Below, one piece after another: positions 25,251-35,419 of a DNA stretch of 40,313 bases (the stretch's first letter is position 1; every line of letters starts with the position of its first letter). The position numbers and the translations under genes are program-made. The notes beneath the pieces were generated by a model. It searched no databases and was not told where the DNA came from. It was given only the letters and a program-made list of their open reading frames with translations. Source of the stretch: Octopus sinensis (lineage: Eukaryota); the NCBI RefSeq assembly GCF_006345805.1, contig NW_021835400.1:1-40313 (forward strand). Reading direction: 5' to 3'.

Positions 25251-27810
25251 TGATAAAACGGTAAGATAACAAAAGAAAGAAGAGACCTCAATATTATGTA
25301 AATAGAGGAAATTTATCTATACAATATGTTACATTACTCGGTAGTCAAGATAAAACTCTGAGTTTCAGATGCCGAAGTGGAAATCCACAACACCATCTCT
25401 TCGGTTATCTGGCTATTTGAAAACGTTATGAAAAAATACCGTTAAAAATGAAGGGAATTACTCTGTTATAACTCTGCTTTGCCTGCGTTATTATACATCG
25501 CTCGCATTTTTCGTCATAAAAATTATATAAAAATACATAAAAATATATAAAAATATAAAAATATATAAAATCTTCTTGAAAAGCATGTTCTATCCGTTTT
25601 CTTTAGGGGACCAAAAACGTAACAGAAATTTAGTCACATGTGGGCATGATCCGAAAAGCTCTGTCCTTGTATTTAGACATGTGGTAGGGTCTAAGCTGCT
25701 TTTCCAGATAAGCCATCTCTCCATGTCGCATAAACCGCACCTTCCGCTGCCGTTAGTATAGGGCTTACATCTGGCCAAAATCTTCCATTGTATGTTATAA
25801 TCGACACCTTTATCTCTTAAAGACCAAATATGATTGGATAATTGTGTCACTTTTCTTTTGTTCCAGTGCCTAAAGCTCAAAGTGTGGTTATTGAACCTGG
25901 CCTGAAATTACCCTCTGTCAGGCCCACGTATTTCTTCGTCGAAACGGTGTCTTTAGTGGTATAGAGGTTTACGGTAGCTTCATATATGATGGTCTTGGAC
26001 ATGCAAGCTCCATTTAGCGGGCACAATTCTTTATTCCTGCATGAACAGCTGTTTTCTTCTTGTGTTTTTGTATGTTATGATTGATTATGTTTTTAAAATT
26101 GGTAGTTGAACTAAAACTAATTTTTAAATTGTGTCTATTGAAGAGTTTCCTATAAGCATGGTTAACTGGAAAATGTCTATCTATCAGTGCTAGGAAATAT
26201 TACCTATATTGAAGGCCACCTCGGGTGAGTAAGGGGGCGTAAACCAGATGACCTTCCTATTTCTATTATTCCTTTTCCTTATTGTTGGCTGGTGATAGGT
26301 GTATATTTTATTTTTTCGCTAAAACCACTATCTTTTAAAGCTTTATTATAAACTGGGGCAACGCTATTGAAGATGTCCTCATTAGATGAGAGGCTAGAAA
26401 TCCTCTTACTAATATTTTTAACTAAATTTTTGAATACTATAGGGGGATGGCATGAACCTACATTAATATAACTTAGTCTATCATTGGTCTTCTATAAGGC
26501 TTATAATATTATTATTAAGATCTAAGGAAACGTCTAAGAAATTGACACCGTCAGGTTAGTGTCTATAGTTATACTAAGTCCGAAGTGTTTCATTAACTGG
26601 ATAATATCCTTCCTAAAACGATCTTGTGCTGGTCCATTTGTATTAGCTGTTAAGGCGAGGGCATCATCTTTGTAGATGGCGAAATGTACGTTAGGGAATG
26701 TCTTACCGAAGGTATCTAGGAGAAAGAGTCCAATTAGATCACAGATGCCTGGCCCATCATATGAACCCATGCTCACATCGAAAGCGCCCTCCGTGTCGGT
26801 GTTTTTTACCCACTTTGCATTCTCACTGAAAAGTAATGTCTTTCTAGCATGGAAGATTATATCCTTATCATTGGTACTAATTTCTATGAAGTCACTAGCG
26901 AAGATTAGGGCTTTATCTAGCAGTTCTTTAGAGATAGAGGCATAAAAATCAACAATATCGAATTGTGTAAACCTCGCTTTTTTCTTATTCTTAATAGCTT
27001 TAAACCAGTCTACGACTTCTATACTATTGGACCATTGCACTAGCCTAGTATCGGTCTTAATTTTCGTATTTATTTTATCTAAAATTTCTTGCTAATAATC
27101 CCTAGTTCTGACTTGGCTGGGTTGATAAGCCTACATTTAGGGTTGGAAAGGAAGTTTTCTTTGTGGTCTTTAATAGTAATAAAGGCCTCTTTTTGGGGGA
27201 GGGTTTCTATTTTTTTATCTAATTTAAGTTTAGCGGCGATGACGCTAGCTTCTTTATTAATTTCGTTATATGTCTGTGCCCTAGCCTTAGTATAATGATG
27301 CTGTTGTGTAAGAGTTGTGTGTATTTGCTGTTATCTACCAGGTATAAGTTCTTGGTTTTATCCGAAAAAAGTGCTTTTTTCTTGGAGCTTTTTATATGAT
27401 CAATATCTTTTTTCAATTTATGTTGGAAATTGTTAAAAGACTTACGAAACTTTATTTTGCTCATGATCTTCAGCAGGTCCGCTTCGAAATCTTCCAAGCC
27501 TTTAATCCTAGGAGGGAATTTTTTGGATTTTATCCGATAGCAAATGTTTTCCTTGGTGTTCGCTTCTGTGTCAAAAAAGAAAGCCTTCCATCTCATACGC
27601 TTAATTACATCAGTAATTTTTTGCAGAAGTTTCTTAGAGTAAAAATCCTTTGATGGGATCGGTATATTTTTCATAGAATAATCTATGTGATATGCGTCCA
27701 TATTAGATTCTTTTGTTTGTGAGAGTCCTCAACCGATGTTAGGCGATAATCCCAAAAAGGTCGTATTAGCTCTTAGTTGAGAATAACATCGTCCGGGAGG
27801 TGATTTATTG
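25251..27810 (-). mobile_element. Naiad-type Penelope-like element, longer copy (5'UTR, frameshifted ORF from ATG 27701, 3'UTR with hammerhead and tail)
   Basis: N-terminus MDAYHIDYSMKNIPIPSK..IKRMRWKAFFF..FEADL..DKTKNLY; the remainder is the reverse complement of the + copy with small indels. Confidence 0.92.
25348..25410 (-). ncRNA. type I hammerhead ribozyme motif (identical to 29772-29834)
   Basis: Reverse complement of the + copy: agataa-CCGAAGA-stem II-GAAAC-tcaga-GTT-ttatct. Confidence 0.65.
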
Positions 27811-28130
27811 ATAAAACTTATACCTGGTAGATAACAGCAAATACACACAACTCTTACACAACAGCATCATTAATAATTATACTAAGGCTAGGGCACAGAC
27901 ATACAACGAAATTAATAAAGAAGCTAGCGTCATCGCCGCTAAACTTAAATTAGATAAAAAAATAGAAACCCTCCCCCAAAAAGAGGCCTTTATTACTATT
28001 AAAGACCACAAAGAAAACTTCCTTTCCAACCTAATGTAGACTTATCAACCCAGCCAAGTCAGAACTAGGGATTATTAGCAAAGAAATTTTAGATAAAATA
28101 AATACGAAAATTAAGACCGATACTAGGCTA

Positions 28131-29588
28131 GTGCAATGGTCCAATAGTATAGAAGTCGTAGACTGGTTTAAAGCTATTAAGAATAAGAAAGAAGCGAGGT
28201 TTACACAATTCGATATTGTTGATTTTTATGCCTCTATCTCTAAAGAACTGCTAGATAAAGCCCTAATCTTCGCTAGTGACTTCATAGAAATTAGTACCAA
28301 TGATAAGGATATAATCTTCCATGCTAGAAAGACATTACTTTTCAGTGAGAATGCAAAGTGGGTAAAAAACACCGACACGGAGGGCGCTTTCGATGTGAGC
28401 ATGGTTTCATATGATGGGCCAGGCATCTGTGATCTAATTGGACTCTTTCTCCTAGATACCTTCGGTAAGACATTCCCTAACGTACATTTCGCCATCTACA
28501 AAGATGATGCCCTCGCCTTAACAGCTAATACAAATGGACCAGCACAAGATCGTTTTAGGAAGGATATTATCCAGTTAATGAAACACTTCGGACTTAGTAT
28601 AACTATAGACACTAACCTGACGGTTGTCAATTTCTTAGACGTTTCCTTAGATCTTAATAATAATATTTATAAGCCTTATAGAAAGACCAATGATAGACTA
28701 AGTTATATTAATGTAGGTTCATGCCATCCCCCTATAGTATTCAAAAATTTAGTTAAAAATATTAGTAAGAGGATTTCTAGCCTCTCATCTAATGAGGACA
28801 TCTTCAATAGCGTTGCCCCAGTTTATAATAAAGCTTTAAAAGATAGTGGTTTTAGCGAAAAAATAAAATATACACCTATCACCAGCCCAACAATAAGGAA
28901 AAGGAATAATAGAAATAGGAAGGTCATCTGGTTTACGCCCCCTTACTCACCCGAGGTGGCCTTCAATATAGGTAAATATTTCCTAGCACTGATAGATAGA
29001 CATTTTCCAGTTAACCATGCTTATAGGAAACTCTTCAATAGACACAATTTAAAAATTAGTTTTAGTTCAACTACCAATTTTAAAAACATAATCAATCATA
29101 ACATACAAAAAACACAAGAAGAAAACAGCTGTTCATGCAGGAATAAAGAATTGTGCCCGCTAAATGGAGCTTGCATGTCCAAGACCATCATATATGAAGC
29201 TACCGTAAACTCTATAACCACTAAAGACACCGTTTCGACGAAGAAATACGTGGGCCTGACAGAGGGTAATTTCAAGGCCAGGTTCAATAACCACACTTTG
29301 AGCTTTAGGCACTGGAACAAAAGAAAAGTGACACAATTATCCAATCATATTTGGTCTTTAAGAGATAAAGGTGTCGATTATAACATACAATGGAAGATTT
29401 TGGCCAGATGTAAGCCCTATACTAACGGCAGCGGAAGGTGCGGTTTATGCGACATGGAGAGATGGCTTATCTGGAAAAGCAGCTTAGACCCTACCACATG
29501 TCTAAATACAAGGACAGAGCTTTTCGGATCATGCCCACATGTGACTAAATTTCTGTTACGTTTTTGGTCCCCTAAAGAAAACGGATAG
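28131..29588 (+). CDS. Penelope-like (Naiad-type) reverse transcriptase + GIY-YIG endonuclease; partial open frame that begins after a frameshift near 28030, not at a true start
   Basis: RT motifs FDIVDFYASI, SMVSYDGPGICDLIG, IYKDDAL, VNFLDVSLDL, YINVGSCHPP. Zn/EN motifs [61 protein letters not shown]. Confidence 0.88.
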   Translation: MQWSNSIEVVDWFKAIKNKKEARFTQFDIVDFYASISKELLDKALIFASDFIEISTNDKDIIFHARKTLLFSENAKWVKNTDTEGAFDVSMVSYDGPGICDLIGLFLLDTFGKTFPNVHFAIYKDDALALTANTNGPAQDRFRKDIIQLMKHFGLSITIDTNLTVVNFLDVSLDLNNNIYKPYRKTNDRLSYINVGSCHPPIVFKNLVKNISKRISSLSSNEDIFNSVAPVYNKALKDSGFSEKIKYTPITSPTIRKRNNRNRKVIWFTPPYSPEVAFNIGKYFLALIDRHFPVNHAYRKLFNRHNLKISFSSTTNFKNIINHNIQKTQEENSCSCRNKELCPLNGACMSKTIIYEATVNSITTKDTVSTKKYVGLTEGNFKARFNNHTLSFRHWNKRKVTQLSNHIWSLRDKGVDYNIQWKILARCKPYTNGSGRCGLCDMERWLIWKSSLDPTTCLNTRTELFGSCPHVTKFLLRFWSPKENG

Positions 29589-29771
29589 AACATGCTTTTC
29601 CAAGAAGATTTTATATATTTTTATATATTTTTATATATTTTTATGTATTTTTATATAATTTTTATGACGAAAAATGCGAGCGATGTATAATAACGCAGGC
29701 AAAGCAGAGTTATAACAGAGTAATTTCCCTTCATTTTTAACGGTATTTTTTCATAACGTTTTCAAATAGCC

Positions 29772-29834
29772 AGATAACCGAAGAGATGGTGTTGTGGATT
29801 TCCACTTCGGCATCTGAAACTCAGAGTTTTATCT
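29772..29834 (+). ncRNA. type I hammerhead ribozyme motif in the PLE 3'UTR/pLTR
   Basis: Stem I agataa/ttatct (6 bp); core CCGAAGA (U4C variant); long stem II gatg..gtgg(attt)ccac..catc; GAAAC; stem III actc-a-gagt; predicted cut after GTT at 29828. Confidence 0.65.
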
Positions 29835-29856
29835 TGACTACCGAGTAATGTAACAT

Positions 29857-29901
<45 letters not shown>

Positions 29902-29920
29902 CGTAGTGATGGGCGAAATA

Positions 29921-30150
29921 CCTATTTCTTTACTACCCACAAGGGGCTAAACACAGACAGGACAAACAGACAAACGGATTAAGTCGATTATATCGATACC
30001 AGTGCGTAACTGGTACTTATTTAATCGACCCCGAAAGGATGAAAGGCAAAGTCGACCTCGGCGGAATTTGAACTCAGAACGTAACGGCAGACGAAATAAG
30101 GCAACGCATTTCGCCCGGTGTGCTAACGTTTCTGCCAGCTCGCCGCCTTA
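29921..30150 (-). mobile_element. tRNA-derived SINE, family B
   Basis: Minus strand aaggcggcgagctggcagaaacgttag (A box) ... gagttcaaattcc (B box). Confidence 0.9.
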
Positions 30151-30210
30151 ACAACAAAAACGAAAACAAAAACAACAACAACAGCAACAATAATAATAAT
30201 CATCCTTTCT

Positions 30211-30424
30211 AAAGCAGCGAGCTGGCAGACACGTCAGCAAGACGGGTGAAATTCTTAGCGGCATTTTGTCTGTCTCTACGTTCTGAGTTCAAATTCCACC
30301 GAAGTTGACTTTGCCTTTCACCCTTTTGGGGTTGATAAATTAAGTACCAGTTGTGTGCTGGGGTCGATCTAATCGACTGGCCCCCTACCCCAAAATTTCG
30401 GGCCTTGTGCCTTGAGTAGAAAGG
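30211..30424 (+). mobile_element. tRNA-derived SINE, family B
   Basis: aaagcagcgagctggcagac..gagttcaaattcc..ggggtcgatctaatcgact..cttgtgccttgagtagaaagg(aat)n. Confidence 0.9.
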
Positions 30425-30444
30425 AATAATAATGTTTTTTTTTT

Positions 30445-30565
30445 ACTAGGAAGTTCTGTGGGGGCGTTCTAGTCGATTACATCAACCCTACTAATTGACT
30501 GGTACCTTATTTTACCGACCCACGATGAACGAAAGGCCAAAGCGATTTCAATGGGATTTGAACTG
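30445..30565 (-). mobile_element. degenerate family B SINE fragment
   Basis: tagtcgattacatcaaccc..gactggtacc..gatttgaact. Confidence 0.6.
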
Positions 30566-31148
30566 AATGGTATATATGTAAATGTAAGAAATTACAATGA
30601 GTTATTTAAACAACACTATTTTGATATTTATTGTTTCTACTATCGTCAGCTATGATGCATTGTATCTATGTTCAAAATCTTCCCACCGTGACCATTCCAT
30701 CTCTTTAGCTGTATTAGAATTTTTTTTGCTGTATTCAACATGACCTTTCAATTTTAAAACAGTTGGGTGATATTACACGGACATTTGGCTGTTATTTCTA
30801 GCATCGTGATTTACCACCTGGATGTCCCATCCACGGTTCATTCTTGCTGGTATCACGGCCGTCGTCGTCATCGTCGCGGTGTCATTCTCGAGGGTCATTC
30901 ATGTTGTTGTTGTTTAGCCCTAGGTCAGACACGATCCATTTCACTTAACCATGCCACGTCCCTTCAGACACATTCGTTAAGAGGACCACAATGACGCCCG
31001 ACAACCACAACTAAAAACTGAAGAAGCTCAATGGCTTTCACATCAAAAGGAATATTCCAGAACGAAACAGTTTATATACGAACGAGGCCAACAAGTGGCA
31101 GCTTTGTACACCGTACACTGTACACATATCTTTTAAAATGTATGTACA

Positions 31149-31229
<81 letters not shown>

Positions 31230-31511
31230 ATATATATATATACACACATATATACACACATATACAGCTACAGGTGTATATATATATATATATATATACA
31301 TATATCTCTCTCTCTATATATATATGCATATGTATATGTTTGTGTGTATGTGTATGTGTGTGTATTCATAGGCACTCGCATGTTCTTTTGTTTTCTTTCT
31401 GTTTCATATCAAGGCTCTTGAGAAACAATTACATATGCGTATATATATGTGTTTGTGTGTCTGTGTGAATATATGTATATATTTACATATATATATATAC
31501 ACACACACATC

Positions 31512-31552
<41 letters not shown>

Positions 31553-31577
31553 GCACGCACATATATGTGTGTATGTG

Positions 31578-31627
<50 letters not shown>

Positions 31628-31628
<1 letters not shown>

Positions 31629-32450
31629 GTTAAATGAAATGTGACTACGAAGTCAAAACTGTGTTGAATTTTAAGGACATTTACAGAGAAAGTTAGTGTT
31701 AGAGCTCTTTCTAGGTTATTAGGGATATTCCTTCATCAGAAACGATGTGAGAACGATAGATAGAAGGAAAAAGAAGCGTTCAATATATGGAGTCATTTTG
31801 GTGAAGAACGGATATCGGACGTATAAAGGAAAATAAGAGAATAAAAGTAAAATTTAAAACATATACAGGATGTTACAGTTTCAGTTCCCTTGATCCTTCC
31901 TATATCCGTCCCTCTCCAAAGTTACTCTTATATTTCCCTCTATTCAACTCTCTCATATCGTCTATGATAAAGGGATATTCCTAACATCCCAGAAACAGCT
32001 GTAAGTCTAACTTTCTCTTTATAAATATCTTAAAATTCCACACAGCCTTGTCTTTGTTGCCATATTTTATTTAACATATACATGCTCACACAAGACCTGG
32101 ATTAGGCTCTTCATTCGTATTCTTATCGAACCGAGAGTCTAACTACGGACCTCCCGTAGCACTTACATAGCCTAACCTGCCATCTTTGGTCTTTTGGATA
32201 CCGATATCTCTCATATCATTGCTTATATATATATATTTATATACATGTATATATTTCAGTCGCTATGATAGATCGCTAGCCACTAAACATTCTTTATTTT
32301 GTCTCCTTGTTTCTTTCTGTATTCCTTTCTGTGGAAGAGCGTAGGCTCGAAGCGTTAAAGACTTTTTCACTTCCCGAGCGTAATACTAATACATCTGTTT
32401 GTTGTCTACATTACCCCTGTCTGAGTAATTTACTTTTTTGTGAATTCTTC
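31628..32450. mobile_element. Penelope-like pLTR remnant with an inverted arm (31628-31820 vs 31898-32076) and decayed hammerhead motifs
   Basis: Arms are reverse-complement homologues (taactttctct..aaat..cttaaaatt..acacag..atttaaca). Minus arm: CTGATGA..GAAAG-agct-CTA. Plus arm: gggat..atccc-a-GAAAC-agct-GTA. No coding part is seen, so the PLE assignment rests on the hammerhead motifs. Confidence 0.6.
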
Positions 32451-32452
32451 CC

Positions 32453-32485
<33 letters not shown>

Positions 32486-32514
32486 ATGTGTGTGTGTGTG
32501 TGTGTGTGCATAAG

Positions 32515-32546
<32 letters not shown>

Positions 32547-32662
32547 TCTATCTATCTATATTTATATATATAAATACAGATGAGTGGTACAAGGCATCAA
32601 TATTTACTGGAAATAGCAGTCGATATTATACACCCACATATATATATATACACACACACACG

Positions 32663-32701
<39 letters not shown>

Positions 32702-32795
32702 ATAATAAAATGAATGGTTTTATAATAATAAATTCTTGTATATTCCATCTTTCGTCTTTCAGCATGTTGATTGACCAGCTGGTTGTCCCATGGTA

Positions 32796-32849
<54 letters not shown>

Positions 32850-32851
32850 AT

Positions 32852-33148
32852 GATGCATGCCTAATGGTTAGGATGTTGCCCTCACGATCGCGGGATCGTA
32901 GTTTCACTTCCTAGACCGTAAGTGGTGCGTTGTGTTCTTGAGCAAGACACTTCATCTGACGTAGGTCTTTGATCACTTCGACACCTGACGCCTGGCACAC
33001 CATGCACCTGTTCAGGCAACATCAATTTGATGGCAAGAAGTGAGCTAATGTACAACACATACATTTGATCACTATAAAGAAATCTTTGGTGCAGGTTGTT
33101 AGGCAAAAGCCGAACATTCACACGACATCTTCGACGAGAGAGTCCCTC
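32852..33148 (+). mobile_element. tRNA-derived SINE, family C-related
   Basis: cctaatggttagg (A box), gtagtttcacttcc (B-box-like), gttgtgttcttgagcaagacacttcat. Confidence 0.7.
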
Positions 33149-33229
33149 ATATATTAAATGTTTACGAATTGGAAAGTGCCATTCTCCCCAGATTGAACAA
33201 CCACATACTCTAAACCGGTTACTTTGGTC

Positions 33230-33870
33230 TAATTGGCTTTTGTGCCTTTCGTACCAATTTTGAACAACTTTCGCGGTGCACTATCATCCTGGAAGATTGC
33301 GCAATAACCGAGGAACAATATTTGTATCTATTAGGGATGTGGTCAGCAAAAATATTCAGACAATCTTTCGAGTTAATTCTGTTACGCTGCACAATTACAA
33401 AACGGACGAGAAAGTTCTATGATTCACATGACCAAATAGTCATTACACTGGCTCTAGATATAAATTAACCCTGAGTTGGAAAAGATTACAATGTTCCATT
33501 TAGTTATTGATCAATGCTTATTAATGTCGAAGAGGAACAGGAAAGCTTAGCAATTGCAGCCCACTCATGACATCTGCACAGGACAAGCGAATTTTGGTTG
33601 ATAGTACTGGTAAGGTCGTAGTTTGTTCTGCTGTCTCATTTGCTGCTGTAGTTCGATGGTTTTCAGACACACAACGTTTCGCTATTCTGAGGTGCCTTTC
33701 TGAGTGATCTGCCCTCCGTCCTGTGTTATGCTTGACAGAATTGGTTTTTGCCTTGGTTACGGATACCAGCAGGATTTTAGTAAGTGTACCTCTTGAAACA
33801 CTAAACAAACCAGCAGTTTTAATAACTGACGCTCAAGCAATTCGTCCTATTTGAAAATCTGGTAAGTCAC
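33230..33870 (-). pseudogene. Tc1-like (DD34E) transposase fossil
   Basis: Reads DLPDFQIGRI..ASVIKTAGLFSVSRGTLTKI..GRRADHSERHLR..NHRTTAA, then RINSKDCLNIFADH, IFQDDSAP and KVVQNWYERHK. Confidence 0.8.
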
Positions 33871-34089
33871 ACATTTTCATTCATTTGAATATATTTAAAC
33901 ACACAAACACACACACACACACACACATACACACACATACACAAATTGAAAGGCAAAGCTATATCATGAAGCACAAGACATACATAATGCATCTGAACAC
34001 GTACAGACCATAGCTGTTTTGAATTTGTCATACTGCTAATACAAGAAAAAATAGTCACATTATTTCGTCTAACATCTGTATATATATGC

Positions 34090-34143
<54 letters not shown>

Positions 34144-34153
34144 TATATATAAT

Positions 34154-34199
<46 letters not shown>

Positions 34200-34789
34200 C
34201 GTTTGTGTGTATACCAGGAGAATCGTATGTTTCTGTGTGTGCGTTGAGTAGGAAAGTGTGAATGAAGAAAGAGCAGTTCACTGCCATAAGACATTAATTA
34301 ATGCTATAATTGTTGCGAGTGTCAAATGGAAAATGGTAAACTATGACAGTAATTATATTGAATATGACACTAGAATAATATTAATCTTCAAAATGGTAAC
34401 TTTCAAAATTTCAACTTTCTAATATCTACTGTTTACTAATGTTGTTGTTGTTGTTGTCGTCGTTGCTATTATTGTCATCGTTGCGTTGCAAGTGTCATCT
34501 TTGTTGATGCTGCGGAGGTGGTTGCAGCTATGTTTCTGCTGCCGTCCTTGTCGATTTTGTAACTGTTTGATTCTTGTTTCCTCCCCCAGGTAAGCGTTGA
34601 TTGAGCAAACACTTAATCGAAAGCGTACATTCTGTCCCCCATCCAGTCAATTTGTAGGGTATTATGCATATAAAATTATATTCTCCAACGTGTTTTTACT
34701 TTTCGATTATTTCGAGAGAAATGGTAGTACTATTCCGGAAAGCTTTGGATCTCGAGGTAAGAACGATTTTACTGGACACGGATAGGAGT

Positions 34790-35300
34790 AGATCCATCCA
34801 ACCTTGGCTATTTCATCCACCTTTTCATAAACACCTCTATCTCTTCTCACACCTCCATCTTGAAATGATACCCGAAGAAACTGATGAGAGCTTGGCCAGA
34901 TAGGGAAAGTACCTGACTTCAAACTTTTCAGGTGTGTCCAACACAGCCTCTTTTGCCACAACCACTAAACAGAGAAAGATCTGGTTTTTCACTGCTAAAG
35001 GAAGGTGGTGCGTCAATCCTCCTTATACACTCGGCGGACAAATGTATTCGTCTTACACAAGATAGCAGCTGCTCAGCACAAGCCTACAAGTTGCTAAAGC
35101 ACGCACACTGAACGATTGCACGCAAGACGGTTTCGTCCCCCTTGTTGCATGTATCTCAGGCAGGTTCTGCTATTGGCACTTCCACACCTGAAGAGCTTGT
35201 CTCGAACAGGCAATTATTTCCCCATACCATGCAGTACTTCCATACCAAAAAGTTTTGGAAATTCTCCCTGGTCTTCGACCAGAATGTCCCCTGGAAAAGA
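34790..35300 (-). mobile_element. second, more decayed Tx1-like LINE ORF2 C-terminus, homologous to 11213-11762
   Basis: Reads PVRDKLFRCGS..RTCLR..ETVLRAIVQC..EQLLSCV..PPSF..VVAKEA..SGQALISFFGYHFK..FMKRW. Confidence 0.8.
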
Positions 35301-35419
35301 ATACTCAGACAGCATCGCCGTTGTGAGAAGATAAATATCCATATAAATATTCTTGATATTTTATATAATTTCAATGGATTTTGTTAATGAAGAATCTGAT
35401 GTGCGTATTTTAGAAGCTT

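Larger units (their letters stand above)
27815..29864 (+). mobile_element. Naiad-type Penelope-like element, 5'-truncated inverted copy
   Basis: Near-identical reverse complement of 25318-27350; ends directly in (TA)n. Confidence 0.93.

Noticed and set aside
27351-27814. Palindrome caused by a missed sequencing adapter (fold-back read)
   Set aside because: The centre is 464 bp of the element's own 5' sequence, not an adapter, and the symmetry stops at the element ends. A misassembly is still not fully excluded without reads.
26676-29344. Antisense ORFs 26676-26945, 28226-28495 and 29096-29344
   Set aside because: Shadow frames of the PLE ORF, duplicated because of the palindrome.
28131-29760. 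Possible selenoprotein-type Naiad (in-frame UGA plus SECIS), as known for some Naiads
   Set aside because: The 485-aa frame is open with ordinary Cys codons and no in-frame TGA. The atga at about 29645 is not followed by a convincing SECIS layout.
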